Shown: positions 40,640-55,452, counted from the stretch's first letter. The stretch: 64,000 nt of DNA from Geosiphon pyriformis uo1 (GCA_016748015.1 JAAOMT010000525.1:186001-250000); one strand, 5' to 3'. Program-made: numbers and translations. Notes: generated from the letters alone by a model not told the origin.

Positions 40640-42500
40640 TGGTAATTCAATTTTTGAAAACAATATGTTTATTACAAAATACAACTTTTATTACATATAT
40701 GCAACACATAATTTGCCATTTAAGCCAATTAATATTACTTTAAATCAAATAAAAAACAGATTTTGTGTTTTTATTTTGTTAATACAACTGTTTAAAACAC
40801 TGTTTTCTACTATAAAGTTGTTGATTAAATTCTTTATAGCTTTTTTACTAACTTTAACTTGTGTTTTTTAATGGTTTCAAAGAATTATTAGATTAAAAAA
40901 ACATTATTATTTACAGTAAAATTTCATTCTTTAACTATTTTATTATTATTACATAATAAAGCAGCACTAAATAATTTTAAATTTAAGAAAATTTCTAATC
41001 TGTCTTTTTTATAACTAAATTTAAAAATTCAGTTTTGCATTAATTTTTTATTAATCAATAATAACATAACCAAAACAAGCAAAAAATCTATAAATTTAAC
41101 TACAAATTTTACTAAACTAAACAAATTTTGAAGTTAATTTTCTAAAAAAACCAATTTAAAATTATTAAAAACATTAAAAACAGCAGAGCTATTTAATTTA
41201 AACAAGCTTTTATTTATAGTCAAAAAAAAACTTAATATTAATATAAGTGTTAAAAATATAATTTGTAATAAAACAAAAAAAAGAAAAAACAAGCTTTAAA
41301 ATAATAAAAATGTTTTAAAAAACCAAAAAACTGAATTTTTCGACATTTTAAAAGAGTTTGCTTTAAATATTATAAAAAAAAGTGGTTTTCTGGTTGTTTT
41401 GGTTTTATTATTTAAATAATAATCAGAAAAGTTATCTTAAAAAACAGTTGCTTGGCTACTAATTTTTACAAAAGTTTTGGGTTTTAATAATAATAATAAC
41501 AACATTAAAACTATTCTTAAATATAATAATTTTAGTTTTAATATTAAAACAATACAAAGTATTTACAAAAAAAACTAATTTAATTTGGTTATTTTAATGA
41601 TAATATTAACAAAAATATTTTATTTTAAAACCAAACTGTTTATTTACTTAACTGTTATATTTATATCAAACTTAATATTAAAAACTTAAAACTTTTACAA
41701 AACCATTATTTTAACAAATATTTTTTTATTAACAGAAAAGTTTTTCTTATTAGTATTTATACAATTAAAAAATAAATTATTTAAATTATAATTTATCTTA
41801 AAATTAATCATTTTTTCACAACTTACCAAAAATACCATATTGTTTATTTATTTTTAAACATTATTTTACTAACGTTAACAAATAAAACATTCGTCAATAT
41901 TATAACTAAAACAGCCAAAAAATTACTAAACTTAACAACAAATTATTTCAGCAAAGATAATTTTGCCAACTTAAATTCCAAAGAAGTTAACTTAAAATCA
42001 ATTAAAAAATTAATAACAATAATAGATTAAAAAATAAAAAGCAGCAATTTTAAAAAATAATTTTAAACCAAAAAATTAATTTTTAAAAATCTTAAAATTT
42101 ACTATAAATCTAAATATAAGTTTTAATAAGTAAAATAAAAACACTTTTTATTTAGAAACTTAATAATATATATTAATAACCAAAATTGTTTTATTAAATA
42201 TAGCTTTTTTAAGATATTGGTTTTAATATTATTATCATTTAAATTTTTAAAAAATTTTTTAAATAAAATTAAAACTAAAAAATAAAACATAAATAACTAT
42301 TTATATAAAAAAATAACTTATTGATTTTAAAAGCAGTATAACCAAAACAAATTAATTAACTTATTACTAAAAGTTTTATCAAAAAATATTTATAACATTA
42401 ATATTATTTACAAAAATCTTTAAAAACATTTTATATAAAAGATACAATATTAATTTAAATAAAATAAAAAACTTTGTAATCTTAAAAGTAGTAAAAAAAA
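40640..42500 (-). mobile_element. Heavily AT-decayed retroelement coding remnant (possibly LINE ORF1-like)
   Basis: CpG-poor decayed coding-like sequence with the same strand bias as the minus-strand LINE copies. Near 41955-41995 the minus strand reads LTSLEFKLAKLS. The assignment is weak. Confidence 0.35.
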
Positions 42501-43719
42501 GTAATTTAACAAACTTTTAATACAATTTTATATTAAATTAATATAAATTTTAAAACAAATAAATTCATATTAACAATTATTTAAAAATAATTAATTACTA
42601 ATATATTTTTATTAAAATTATGTGTAATTAATTTAATTGTGGTTTTATATTATATATATATATATTTTTTAAATAATAAAAACTTGATTATTATATAGTT
42701 TTTAATATTGTTATTTTAAATATATAATTATAATTTTAATAAACTTTTTTGTTAATTTTTTGCTATATAATACAATAAAACCAAAAAATAGATATTTTAT
42801 TATTAATCTAAATAAAAATTATATATATAATTTTATTTTTATTTAATAATATATTGTCTAAAATAATTCTATCAAATATTTTGCTAAAAAGCTTTTTAGT
42901 ATTGAAAAATAAAGAATAATAACTAAAAAAATACAAAAAATTGCTATAAAAAACTCTCAAGTAATAAAGCTAATAAGATAAAAGATGTATTTAAAATTAA
43001 TGCTAATAGAAAAAATTAAAAGCTTAATATAATATTGTCTTTAACTTTTTTCAACAAAGCATCAAAAATATAAAAAAGAATATAAAAATATTAAAAGCAA
43101 CTAAAAAAAAATATAATTCTAAAAAGAATTGTTAATGTAAAAACAAAAAAATTTTCATGTTAAAATATCAATTATTTAGTTATTAATACAACAGTTTTAA
43201 AAATAACAGAAATAAAGAAATTATTTAATAAAATAAATAGATTTGGAAAAACAACTACTTAATAAAAGTTAGAAATGTTATTAATTATTTGTTTAATAAT
43301 ACAATACTACATAATTTGCAAAATTTGTATAATTTGTAAAAATATAATTACATATATTAAAGATTAATATACACTTATTATTTTTAAGCATAAAAAAACT
43401 CGGAAAAACTATGGTTAAAAAAATTGGGGTTTTTCGTTTTTTACTTTTATAAACCAAATTACTTAATAGTTTAAAAATAAATGATGCTTTTTTTAGCAAT
43501 ACTATAAAAAAAAATTGTTATTTGAAAGTTAATAAAAAACCCAAAATATTCAAAAGTGAAAAAATAAATTCAATTTTACAAAGCTTTATGTCACAAAAGA
43601 GCTATTTATTATAAATCTGTATTATTTACTAAAAAAAACTTGAGTACAAATTGTTAAAGATAAAATGACCAAATTTAACATTAATAATAATAATAATAAT
43701 ACAGCAACTTAATAATTGC

Positions 43720-44230
43720 TGTTACAAAGTGTAGCCCAATCGTTAACTTAAATTAGCCACAACTCACGCGTTTTTTATATGTGACTAGTCACAAAATTAA
43801 TAAAGATAATTAATAACATAAAAGTAAGTAAAGCAAAGTATTGTTAAAATAACAACTCAAGTAAAAAATTAATAAATAAAATAAAAATTTTATACAATAA
43901 AAAATTGAAAAACACACATAACACATTAATTTAAAAAAAAATTATTTTAATTAAAGCTATGATACTAATGTATTATTGTTTAATAAGTTTACTAACAGTA
44001 AAAATAAGGAAAAGATAAATAACTAGATACAAGAAATTTAAAAAATTTAAAAAATTTAACAGCTTTAATAACTTGGATTAAAACCAAATTGAATATTAAA
44101 AAAAGCAGTTTATTAATAAAAGTTAAATTATAATTAATCAAATATAAAAATAGCTACTTATAACATAAAAAAAATAAATAAGTCAACAAAACAAACAAAT
44201 TTAATAAAATAATACAGAAAAAAATATAGT
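43720..44230 (+). repeat. Dispersed repeat, possibly an LTR remnant
   Basis: Begins TGTTAC. 43805-43960 aligns with 12825-12920, and 44025-44150 aligns with 17330-17460. Confidence 0.5.
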
Positions 44231-45305
44231 TAGAATAATTATAAAAAAAATATAAGACTATAAATAATAATAAAATTTTTGGATGTAAAAATTTTTATAT
44301 TAGGATTAAATAAAAGTTTTACAAAAGTGAAAAAAACAATAATACTTATTATTGGTTTGATTAAACATATATGTTAAGTAAAATAAATATCTAATAAACT
44401 TTTGAGTATTTAATTTTTGTTTAAAAACAAAATAAGTGTATTAATTATAAATTTGTACAAAAAGCATTAATAAAAACCAAATAAAATTAAATATTACTTA
44501 TTAAATTTATTTTAAAGCTATTAATAAATATTTCAATAAAAAATACAAATAAAAAATAAGTAAGTATTAATTACATTAAAAATATAAACATATTTAATTG
44601 CTTATAAAACAAAAATTAAGCACAAGATTAAACTTAAAAATTTTAATAAGATTATAAATTATTTTATTTAGTATTATATACATGTATTATTAATATATTA
44701 AAGTTATGTAAAAACTAGAATGTATAATTTTGTAAATTATAAATTACTAATAGAACATAATTATGCAAATAAAAATTTAATCGTAGAAAAGCTAATTAAT
44801 TCTTGTAGAATAGTTTAAAAAAAAATAAAGCACAAATTAAATTATGCAAATTAATATTTAATTAAACTAAAAACTCAATGTTTTGAATGATATATAAATA
44901 ATACTGAGTATTATTAACCAAAAAAAAACATCAAAAAAATATGGGTTTAGAAATTAAATGTTAAATTATACAAAAAATCTTTCAAATTATATAAATATAT
45001 TAAATTTCTTAAAAAATTTAAAAGCTAATAAAAATAGATATCTAAATATTTTAAGAAAATAGAAAAAATTAGATTTGAAAACCATAAAAAATTGATTACA
45101 TATAAAAACTACATAATAAAGACCATTTTAGAAAATTATTTACGAAAGTTATACTAAATTATTTGATTTACAATAGAAAATTAATAGTTAAATCTAAAAA
45201 AGTTATAATAAAATTATAGTATATTGAATTAAACAAAAAAAAAATTTGGAATTATTTTTTTAAAATAAACTCAACAATACCAACTATTCAAATATATATA
45301 TAAAT

Positions 45306-45616
45306 TCTGCGGATGACACAATGTTCATTGATTTTGGCGGCCTGTCGTTTCGTGGCTCTGATGAGGACATTCGCAAGCTGGGCTTTAATCGCTGTATTTC
45401 AATCAATTTTGGCGTCGATGTTCCTTTATCTTTAGTGTCCTTTGAATTTTGCGATGGCGCCTGTGCCTCCCGCATTACTAGTGTGTAGTGTCGCCTTGAT
45501 CGGCTCGAGTGGCTGCTCACGTGTGGAAAATGCATGAGCCACGCTTATTTTAGAATCTTATATGATTGTATTGTAATAGGTAGTGGTTGGGCTGCACTCG
45601 TTAAATAAATAAAAAT
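45306..45616 (+). mobile_element. 5'-truncated LINE insertion (related subfamily; ORF2 C-terminus + 3' UTR)
   Basis: Open frame SADDTMFIDFGGLSFRGSDEDIRKLGFNRCISINFGVDV...ITSV* resembles the ORF2 C-terminus. The 3' UTR is similar to 25089-25220 and has an A-rich tail. A 14-bp TSD atatatatataaat lies at 45292-45305 and 45617-45630. Confidence 0.85.
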
Positions 45617-48600
45617 ATATATATATAAATATATATTTAGCAATTAAAAAATTAAATTAAATTAAACAAATTGCTAAAGATAATCAAAAATTTATTAAAT
45701 AATAAAACTATAAAACTTTAAATAAGATATAAGATAACAGCATTCAGATTATATGCTTTGTTAAATACATGTTTGTTTTTGAATAACATGCTATTGACTT
45801 AAAAAAAACATAGGTGTTGATAATTTTAAAGTTATATAAATTAACACAAAATTAATAACTTTAATTAAAACAGCCATAAAACATTTATTTAAAATCTTGT
45901 TAAATTACATATTAATTGTTTGTAACAAAAAAAGAGTACTTAAAAGAAATAACTTTTTGTGCTGAAAGATACATTAATAAAAACACCAATTTACATAATA
46001 TGTTTATTAATAAAAAATATTTTAAAAAAACAAAAGTTGTAATTAATTTTTTAGAATATACAAAAAGCATTTAACTTTATAAAATAAACATATTTAATTT
46101 TTTTTTACTATATACAATAATAAAATAATAATTTTTTTTGATTTGATTAATAAATACAAAGTATTTAATAATCTGAATTATAGTAGTATTTTTATTTTTA
46201 TTATATTATATATCTTTTTTTATGTAAAATTAAGCATAAGTTAAAATTTTTTAAATACACATAAAACATAAATAAAAGTATTAATCTTATATAATAATAA
46301 GTATATATTTATAATATTTATAATATAATCAAATATTTGCAATAAAAAATATATTAAGCAAAAAGTAAATTAAACATAATTAAAACAAAAAAAATTAATT
46401 AAAATAGTATAATTAAAGTATAATACCAAAACTTTCATATAAAATTTAAAAAAATAATAAAAAAACAGTTAAATTTTATATATATGTTTATAAAAAAATT
46501 TTAATTATAAAATATAAAAAATTTATATAATATTTATTATTTAAATACTAAATTTTTAAAGTATAAGAAAATTAAAAACTCTGATTATATAAAATTGTTA
46601 AAAGTTATAAGTCTTATTATTTATTAAATATTAATTAAATACTAATATTTATTATAATTTATATTTCTTAATAAATTCTATTTTAATAAAAAAATATAAA
46701 AAATTCTTGAATATTTAATTAATTTTAACTAAAAACTTTATTTTTAAAAGTTATTAAATAAAATTATTAACAACCAAAAATCGATTAAATCTGAAATAGC
46801 AAAATTAAACTATTTTAATATTTTTTATTTATATTTTGAATGTTAAACTTATTTATTATTGTTAATTATTATATTAATTAATTTATTGTAAATAAATTAA
46901 TCAAAAATTTGAAATTTAGATTTTTAATTTTTATTAATAATTTAAATTTGGCAAATAATTAGTAAAAAATTTAGTATTTGTTTTGTTTTGTTGTTGTTTA
47001 AAAATAATATATATTATTTTGAAGCATATTAATAAAAATTTTATTTTAATTATTCTATTTATTTAAAACAAAAATCAATACAATAATATTAACTATATAT
47101 TTTTTTTCTATTTTTTCTTGATTGTATAATTGTTAGTTTTTGTAAAGTATATTAAATAAATATTTAATATTAAATTTTAAGAGTATTAACATAAGACATA
47201 GAATTATACTAGTATGTTATTTTTTGTTATTAGTACAAACTATTTATTTATCTTCAAATTTTTTTGTTACTTTTTAAAAAAAATAACAACTAAGATATTT
47301 ATGAAACTGATTTTACAAATTAAATTCTTACTTATTCAATTTACTTATTAAAGTTAAATTACTCTTTAATTATTTTTGTTATTTATTAAAATATTATATT
47401 TGATTATTAATATTGCAAAAATATTTTAAAAAAGCTTTTTTAATTTTTGCAAATGTGTTTAATTTGAAATCTAAATTTAGTTATTATATTATAGAAATAT
47501 TATTAATTTTTGATTGTATAATTAAAAAATGTAATTTAAAGTTTTTATCATAGTAAAAATACATAAAATCTTTGTTATCATCTTTTAATTATGTATTTTT
47601 TACTATTCAAAATATTTTAAAAAATGGGTTTAAATAAACTTATTGACTTACTATTAAAAATGAATATTCAATTTCACCAATTATTTATTAAATAGGAATA
47701 AAAATAATGATTTAAAAATATTCGTATGTTAAAATTATATTAATTTTAATTGATGCTTTAACAATATTTTTAATATAAATAACTTATTAATTTTTTTTAA
47801 AAAAATAAATTGTTATTTATATATTTTTAAATATTTTTAATAATAAATTTAATAAAATTAAGTATTTATAACTTATTAATGTTAAAATAAGAAAAATAGA
47901 TTGTTAATAAAACTATGCGCAATTTCAAGATAAAAAGATATCTATATCTTCTAAATATGAAACTTTTTATTTTTACATTATTTTATGTTTCAAAGCAAAA
48001 TTTAATTATAATTTATTTATAAAAATACTATTAATTCTTTAAATGGTTGATATTTACAGCTTATTTCTCCAGACTTTTTTATTATTTGAGATTCATTTTT
48101 TTTGCCTTATCTTTTGTAATTACCCAATACATGTTTGTAGCTAATTATTTAGACTTGTAACCATATATTAAATATTACTCATTCACATTTTTAGTTTGAA
48201 CTTGTAAAATTTCTTATTTAGCAAGCATTAATTGGTTTTGGGTTTATTTTGCCAAGTTTCTTGTTTAAGATTGAATTCATGTTATTTAATTTTTTAAGAA
48301 AATTAGTTTTGAACAAGTTTTGTTATTTGTAACTCTTGAGTAAATTTTAACCTTTTTATATTTGAATAATAATAAGTAATATTTTTCAAATTTTAATAAG
48401 TTTAGCTAAACGAAAGTTTCTCGGTAAATTTAGTAAAATTGCTACAATTTTACTGAAAATATCAAAACTTTTTACAGTCTATCATATTTAAATGCAATGA
48501 ATGTGCAAAACCAAATAAATATCTATGATTTTGTCAAATATACATAAAAGTAACATGCATTTAATAAAGTTTTTAAAGTTTTTTTTATATAAATGCTTTA

Positions 48601-50017
48601 ACTAAGTGTAATCAAGCTGCTATCTACGCACATACAACAAGGAATATTATATAGTACAAGTTCACGCGGTTACAACGTGTGACCAGTCATAATTTCTTAA
48701 ATAAAATTAATAATATTTACAGTCCAATGTATTAGTTAAGAAAGAAGTAATATTTTATTCCGAATTAAATTGAGAAATATCAATAGAAATAAAAGATTGA
48801 AAAACTAATTTAACCTATGCATTTAAATTCTATTTAAATAAAAGCTTTTTAAATTCAAAATTCATTAATTTAGTTCCAAATTAATTTATGTCGAATAAAA
48901 AATATTTTTTTTCCAATTTTATTAATTTCGTTGAACAAATTAGAACATTTATTTGCTATTTAAACTTCTTGAATTTTTGTTGTTTAAAAGTTAACTTTTG
49001 AAAATTTTATATATAACGTGAAATTCAATACCTAATTTATTAACAATAGATGACTAAGTTAACCATTTTTTGATTAGTGTTTGTTCAATAAAATTAACTT
49101 TAACAATTATATATAAATATTGAACAAAGAACAAAATGTGTACCATTATAATCCTTAAAATTCTGGCCAAACGAAAAATGACAAAATTTACCAAAAAAGA
49201 TAAGGTCTTAAGTACGATAACCCAAAAACAATGTTTAATTTTAACTTATTGATTTATTTGCTATTTGTTTATTTTATCTTTGTTTTTTTTTAAGAATTGT
49301 ATTAAACGTAATAACTTATTTTAATTAAAAAATCTTTAAGTTTATTTACCTAAATTAAAATTTATATTGGTTTTAAGTTAGAATCATTTGAATAATAAAA
49401 GCCTAAAGCAGATTATCTGAATTACAATTAAAATTTTGTGATCAATCAAATCTATTCTCATTCAAAATCTTTATTTACAAATGTAACTAGTTTCTATTTT
49501 CTATAGCTGTTATAAACAAAGCCATTAATTTTGGTTAAAACAGATAATATAACAATTATTGCAGCATTTATGTAACATCTTTTTCTGTTTTGCGATTCTT
49601 GTTTCTCATTTTACAATGACAATCACTGATGACATATAACATAGGGAGTCTAGACTGGTGATACACAATTTTTGTTATCGCTAGGAAAGGGTTATTTCCG
49701 CAAGTTCGTAACACACATATATATTTTTGAATCTTTGTTTCCAAATAAAAATGTGCCCTTCATTATCGTGGATCTAAAAGTCAAGGATAAATCAATTTAA
49801 GGATAGCCGAAAAAAAAAATGGTAACTTTTTGGAAACTTCTTTAGATATTATTCTGAGTGGCACCGACTTCGATTTGAAAACTAAAATCTTGTACTCAGA
49901 TGGTTGCCAATTCAATATATAAGGGCGGTGCGTCTTTAACAGGCAAAAACGCCTTACTCAATATAATAAAAATTGTGTATAGTAATACATTTATTCCAAT
50001 CGTGAAGTGAAATAAAA

Positions 50018-51308
50018 ATGACCATAAAGGGTTTTATAGCTATTACAGCGTCTCTAATTCCTTTAATTATCTTAATTTTAATCTTTCCCAAACCCAAGAA
50101 TGATTCTTTTCCGGAACCAGACCCTTCGACAAGCACTGGATTTCCAACCTGGCATTCGAAAGTGAAAGGTACGCTCGCATATAATGGAAATTTAGATATT
50201 TTATTTGAAATAATCATGGAAAATTTTTTTAAAGAAATTTACCTAATATTCATTCAAAATCTCAGATTACGACCCTGAAAGGAAATATGCCAGCTATGCA
50301 TTCGCAATAATAATTGAATTATTTGGTGGTATCCTGGCTTTTAAATGGGCATTTAACAAGAACCAATCTCGACGAGTGAATTCCTACTTTTACAACGGCG
50401 TCACAGGGACGACAACAACTTCACTCTTCAATCAAGTTCTCGCTATCTACATATTGTTCACCGGATTGACCGCAATTTTTGCTTTGTTATTCGATATCGG
50501 GAAATTGTGGGAGAGTTCGGGCGTCTGGCATAACCTTTGGGAAGCGGCAATCTTGCTACTGCTTAAGGAAGGAGGCCGAATCAACAGGATTACAAAATAT
50601 ATTCTCACTCTTGGAATCTATCTATTTACCGTGCACAACATAACTCTTTTTATAGATTGGCCTCTAGATGCAGTCTTCTTCAAATTTCAAGGTAAGAACA
50701 CTAATAACTTTTTGAATTAAATCACTAAAAGAATCTCTCATTCACCTATTACGTCATCATATACAGGTCTCATATTCGATTTTGGCCAAGCGATTGTCTA
50801 CCCCATTATTTACTTTAACACAAGGAAACATGTGAGAGAAGAAGCAGAGACTCAACTTCCCTTCGAAAACGATGATGGTTTGCAAGAAGACCAGGAATAC
50901 GAACCAAAGCTCTATTCAGTTGATCATCCTAAACAACTTCTTTTATTAGTGGCTGCTTCATGGATTCATGTGCTTGGTAATTTAAGCGGTGCTGTTCTTG
51001 CTAATAATGGGACTGCGTAAGTGAAAAGAATTTTCTTTTGAATTTTATTTTCATTATGATATCTCATAGCTCAAAATATAACATTTTCCAATAGTGATCT
51101 CTTATTCCACGGGAGCTATGCCGTTACTTTTGCAATATATCCATTATATATTTTCTTGGATACGCATGGTGTTAGTGTTCTTCCGCAAAAAAGAATTTAT
51201 CTTTCAGAACCTGCAGCCTGGAAAACTGCCGTCATAATTATTTGGTCCACTTTCCTATCACTATTAACTATTAGATCTTTGGTCGTTGCTCCGGAACAAG
51301 GGGCCTAA
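50018..51308 (+). CDS. Multi-pass membrane protein of unknown function, 346 aa, 4 exons
   Basis: Exons 50018-50168, 50266-50691, 50767-51016 and 51095-51308 joined by GT-AG introns give an uninterrupted 1041-nt frame with about 8-9 hydrophobic segments. TATA-like tatataag at ~49916. Confidence 0.88.
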
Positions 51309-53594
51309 TAAAGAGGATTTCAATATTAGGCTTATAACCCAATAGTGAATTCCATTAAGTCTTGTCGTTCATTTTTGTATAAATATCCTTTTCAGTTAAA
51401 ATACAGACGGATGAATATGTTTGTTTTTACAAATTTATTTATTTTGTATTATCTAATAATTTAATACGCTTGTACAAAAAAAAACTTTTATTAAAAAATG
51501 GGACATATAAATAGTAAAAATATTCATACATAATGTGGTGCACAAAATTTGTATTTCTTTATTTTGACTATTTGTTATTTTTATTCATTAAATAATTATT
51601 CAAATAAAGTGAGAATTTAAATATATAGTCTTTAATAGTGAGTAAATAAGTTTACTTAAGAGCATTTTAAAAGAAACTTGATATTTTTTCTTAGAATCTT
51701 ACATTAAAAGTTTAAAAAAGTATGAAAAAAAAGCTATAAATAAATTTTATTAAGTTGATTTATAAAATAGGTTTAAGTAAAGCTTAATTATTATAAAAAA
51801 TGTACCATTAAATTTTTATTAAATTTCAATAATTTTAATTGAATATTAAGAAAATCTAATTTAAGAATTTCAAATTGTGACTTAGTTTTAAAAATATTTA
51901 TAGTATAAGAAAAGAATTTTAATTTTTAAAAAATTGCTTTTTAAGTAAATTTATTTATTGTTTGAATTTAATGATTACAAATTATTTTAGAATTTACCGT
52001 TTTTTTACATTCAAGATTGAAATTACTTTTTTTTAAATAAATAACTTGTGATATTCAATTAGTTTTTTATTTTTATTTTTTTTATTTTAATTCCTAATAA
52101 TAATAATAATAATAAAATCTATTGAATAAAATTACAAGAAATATGTCTTAAAATTTAATTTTAATATTGGTTCAAAAAATTATTATTATTATTAAAAAGA
52201 AATATTCTTTTATGCAACCATTTTTTGATAAAATACTTTTGTGTACTTATAATAGTATGTAAAAATTCATGCAAGACTTTAAAGTAAATAAGTTTTTTAA
52301 CTCATTTTACAAAAAAATATTCTGCTGGAATGGTAATTATTATAAACCGAGACCTTTCATTATAACGGGGAATGAAATTTCAAATATTCATCTTTACTTG
52401 TGAAATAAAATATTGATACGAAAAAATAAAAAATAAACAGTTGGTTACTTTTTTTTCTCTGATTTGTATATTTTTTGAATAAGAAGCAATCAGAAACATA
52501 TTTTAAATAATATTTTAGTAGCCTACCACAATTAATAACCAAAGAATTAAATATTAGGGCATTTGAACAAAATATTTTGTTGTTTAAAATTAATGACAAT
52601 TGCTTAAAATTTCACTAACCGTTACTTCTATAATTTAAAAAAAAATTGGTAAAGAAAATTTTAACAATCAAAAGTTTTTTTAAAAAATAAAATTTTCTGA
52701 AATATACATCTACTCAATGCAATGCAATGCAATGTTATTTTTTTTTTTAAATTTTCAAGTATCTTGTCACATTTATTATTTCACAATCCCAAATAGTAAA
52801 ATTGATTTTAAAAATGACAACTCTTTATATTTTAATCAATTGCAAATTGAAGAACATGAGAATAAAGAAAATTTTCCAACTTTTTCGAATAATCATAATT
52901 TTATTTTACTGAATAAATTTTAAGAATAAAATATTAGAGTTAATACTTTAATTGCAACAAAATATTTTGAAACTAAGTTGAATTCTTGTGAAATACATTT
53001 AAATTTTTAAGCAAAAATTTTTAAGGAAAATTTTTTTTGATTGTAAAAAATTCCAAAAATTTTATGTTAAAAAGATTTTAGTTTATTTGAATTAAAAGAG
53101 TCACACAAGCCATATTATGTAAAAAAAAAAAATTTTTTTTCTTAAGAAACCCGAGTCTTGCATTTTAATTCTAAATGTCAATTTATCGAAAAATCCTGTT
53201 TATTTAAAAATAAGTATCAGAATTTTAATGATAAAAAATTTTTAATCATATAAATCGCCTTTCATTCCGTTCTATTTCTTTTAGCTTTTATTAAAGTCTC
53301 AACATTTATTAGAGAAAGAAATTTTTTTTTCCCCAAATTGAAATATAGAAATCACAAATACAAACCAATCATATTTATTTTACAATAATAAGATTGAAAT
53401 CTATTAATCTGCTTTTTCCTAGAAGTTGATTGTTATCTGATTTCAAATACTACTTAAAAAATTGATGAATTAAATAATCCTATAGATACAGTTATTGCTT
53501 ACAATTTATATTTATATAAATAAAATAGATAAAGTAATAAATAAAAATTTTAGGCCAGGCTATACTACTGAAATTTTTGAGATAACAGGGAATT

Positions 53595-54170
53595 TTAGTG
53601 GACATATTTCTTTCCACTTTTCTTTCCACTTTTCTTTCCTTTATTACTGCCGTGATTAAAGTTTCCATTATTGTTACCATTATAGTATCCAACATTTTTG
53701 TTCCCGTTATTACTTCCATTATCATTCCCGACGTTAAAAAGTCCGTTGTTATTACCATTATACGATCCTGTATTTTTGTTTCCATTGTAATTACCATTAC
53801 TACTACCCTTATTTAAATCACCATTATTATTGCCGTTGAATGAACCTGCATTCTCATTTCCATTATAATTGCCATTGTTATTACCATAATTTAAATCACC
53901 ATTGTTATTTCCGTTATAATCTCCCTCATTACTATTCCCATTTTGATTTCCATTATTACTGCCAACATTTCCATCACCATTGTTATTTCCATTATAGTTG
54001 CCAGAATTGTTATTCCCATTTCCATTTCCATTGTTGTTGCCAACATTTCCATTACCGTTACCGTTACCATTACCGCTGCTTCCGTCACGTTTTTCGATGA
54101 ATACGATCGGCTGAGCCAGAACTAATGAGGAAGTGAGGAGTAAAAAGATGAGGCAGATAATTTTTTCCAT
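53595..54170 (-). CDS. Secreted Asn/Gly 13-mer repeat protein, paralogue C (191 aa)
   Basis: Signal peptide MEKIICLIFLLLTSSLVLA, propeptide ending EKR, 11 NGxxNGxxNxGxx repeats and a basic tail KGKKSGKKSGKKYVH. TATAAAAG at 54269-54276. Confidence 0.92.
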   Translation of the reverse strand: MEKIICLIFLLLTSSLVLAQPIVFIEKRDGSSGNGNGNGNGNVGNNNGNGNGNNNSGNYNGNNNGDGNVGSNNGNQNGNSNEGDYNGNNNGDLNYGNNNGNYNGNENAGSFNGNNNGDLNKGSSNGNYNGNKNTGSYNGNNNGLFNVGNDNGSNNGNKNVGYYNGNNNGNFNHGSNKGKKSGKKSGKKYVH

Positions 54171-55429
54171 TCTGATAATTTTAATTTTGAAATTGATAAA
54201 GTTTGTTACTTGTATTTAATAAATATTTTTTTTATTTATGGATGAAAAAGTATTTGCAACTTTGACTTCTTTTATACTTGAACATGTCTTAAATCGCAAT
54301 TAAGCTCTTTTAGACTAATTAATCATCTGATGTAAAATTTTTAACAATATCTTTGTTCTTCTCATGCTAATTTTTTTTTTCTTCTTATAGAAATAGAATT
54401 AATATTCCTTGAATGCTTTAGGAAAAAGGGATAGAAATATTAATTTAACGGTATTGATAAAGCTTTAAATAAACTAGATTTGAAAACAAGATGAACAAGT
54501 TCACCCAATACGATTCACAAAATTGTTTGATGAGAATGTTTTTCATCCAATTAAAAGGTCAAAAATAGATCCGAAATGAACGAACGAATGAATGAATGAA
54601 TCAATCAATAATTCAATCAATCAATAAATAAATAAATATTTGGTTCTTTTAGTTTTCAATTTAGGGAACTTTTCAAGAAAATCATCATGTCATAAATTAT
54701 CCAAATCTTACCTAAATAATATAAAAACAATGATGTTGAATGAAATTTCTTATTTATTATTAATGAATTTTATTAAAATCATCATTTTACCTCAAAATAG
54801 CCCAAAAACTTGGTTAAAGACAAGTTTATAAAAATCTTTTACCACACTCTGAAGCATCAAAAAAGTTTTTTGGGATAAACTCTTTGAAAAAGCGTTTTTT
54901 TCATCTAATCTATTAATTATTTAAAAATCCAGTTTTTTGACAAATCGAATATAGTATAATTTTAAAATTTTCCTATTTAAGAAACATTAAAGAAAAATTT
55001 TAATTAATTTTAACTAAATTTGAATAATATTACCAAATATTATAATTCTTTTTAAAATAAGATTTCTGGGAAATTTTTTTTTTGGAGTTTCTCAATATGG
55101 TAAAGAATTTTTTTAAAAAATGTTAAGAGAGTCAATAATCAAATAAACATTTACAACAGATAATTGAATAATTAATTATGATATATATAACTAAATAAAA
55201 ACTTTTTCATTAAAATACTTCTTTTTCTTTACTCTTTCTTTTTAAATCATTATGAAAATTTTTTTTAAAGATTACAAATCTTTTTAAACAATTACCTCGA
55301 TATGGATCCTTAAAACTCTATATTCATCATCAGATCAGCATTTTAATTGAATTACGTGTATACATCATTCGTACTACTTGGGTCGATCAAAAAAAAATTC
55401 CTGAGGAAAATGGTTTGGAAATAGAATTT

Positions 55430-55452
55430 TGTGTGTGTGTGTGTGTGTGTGT
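55430..55452. repeat. (GT)n microsatellite
   Basis: Direct read. Confidence 0.95.

Noticed and set aside
45340-45385. CTGATGAG resembling a hammerhead ribozyme core
   Set aside because: No correctly placed GAAA or stems on the same strand; it lies within the ORF2 coding frame.
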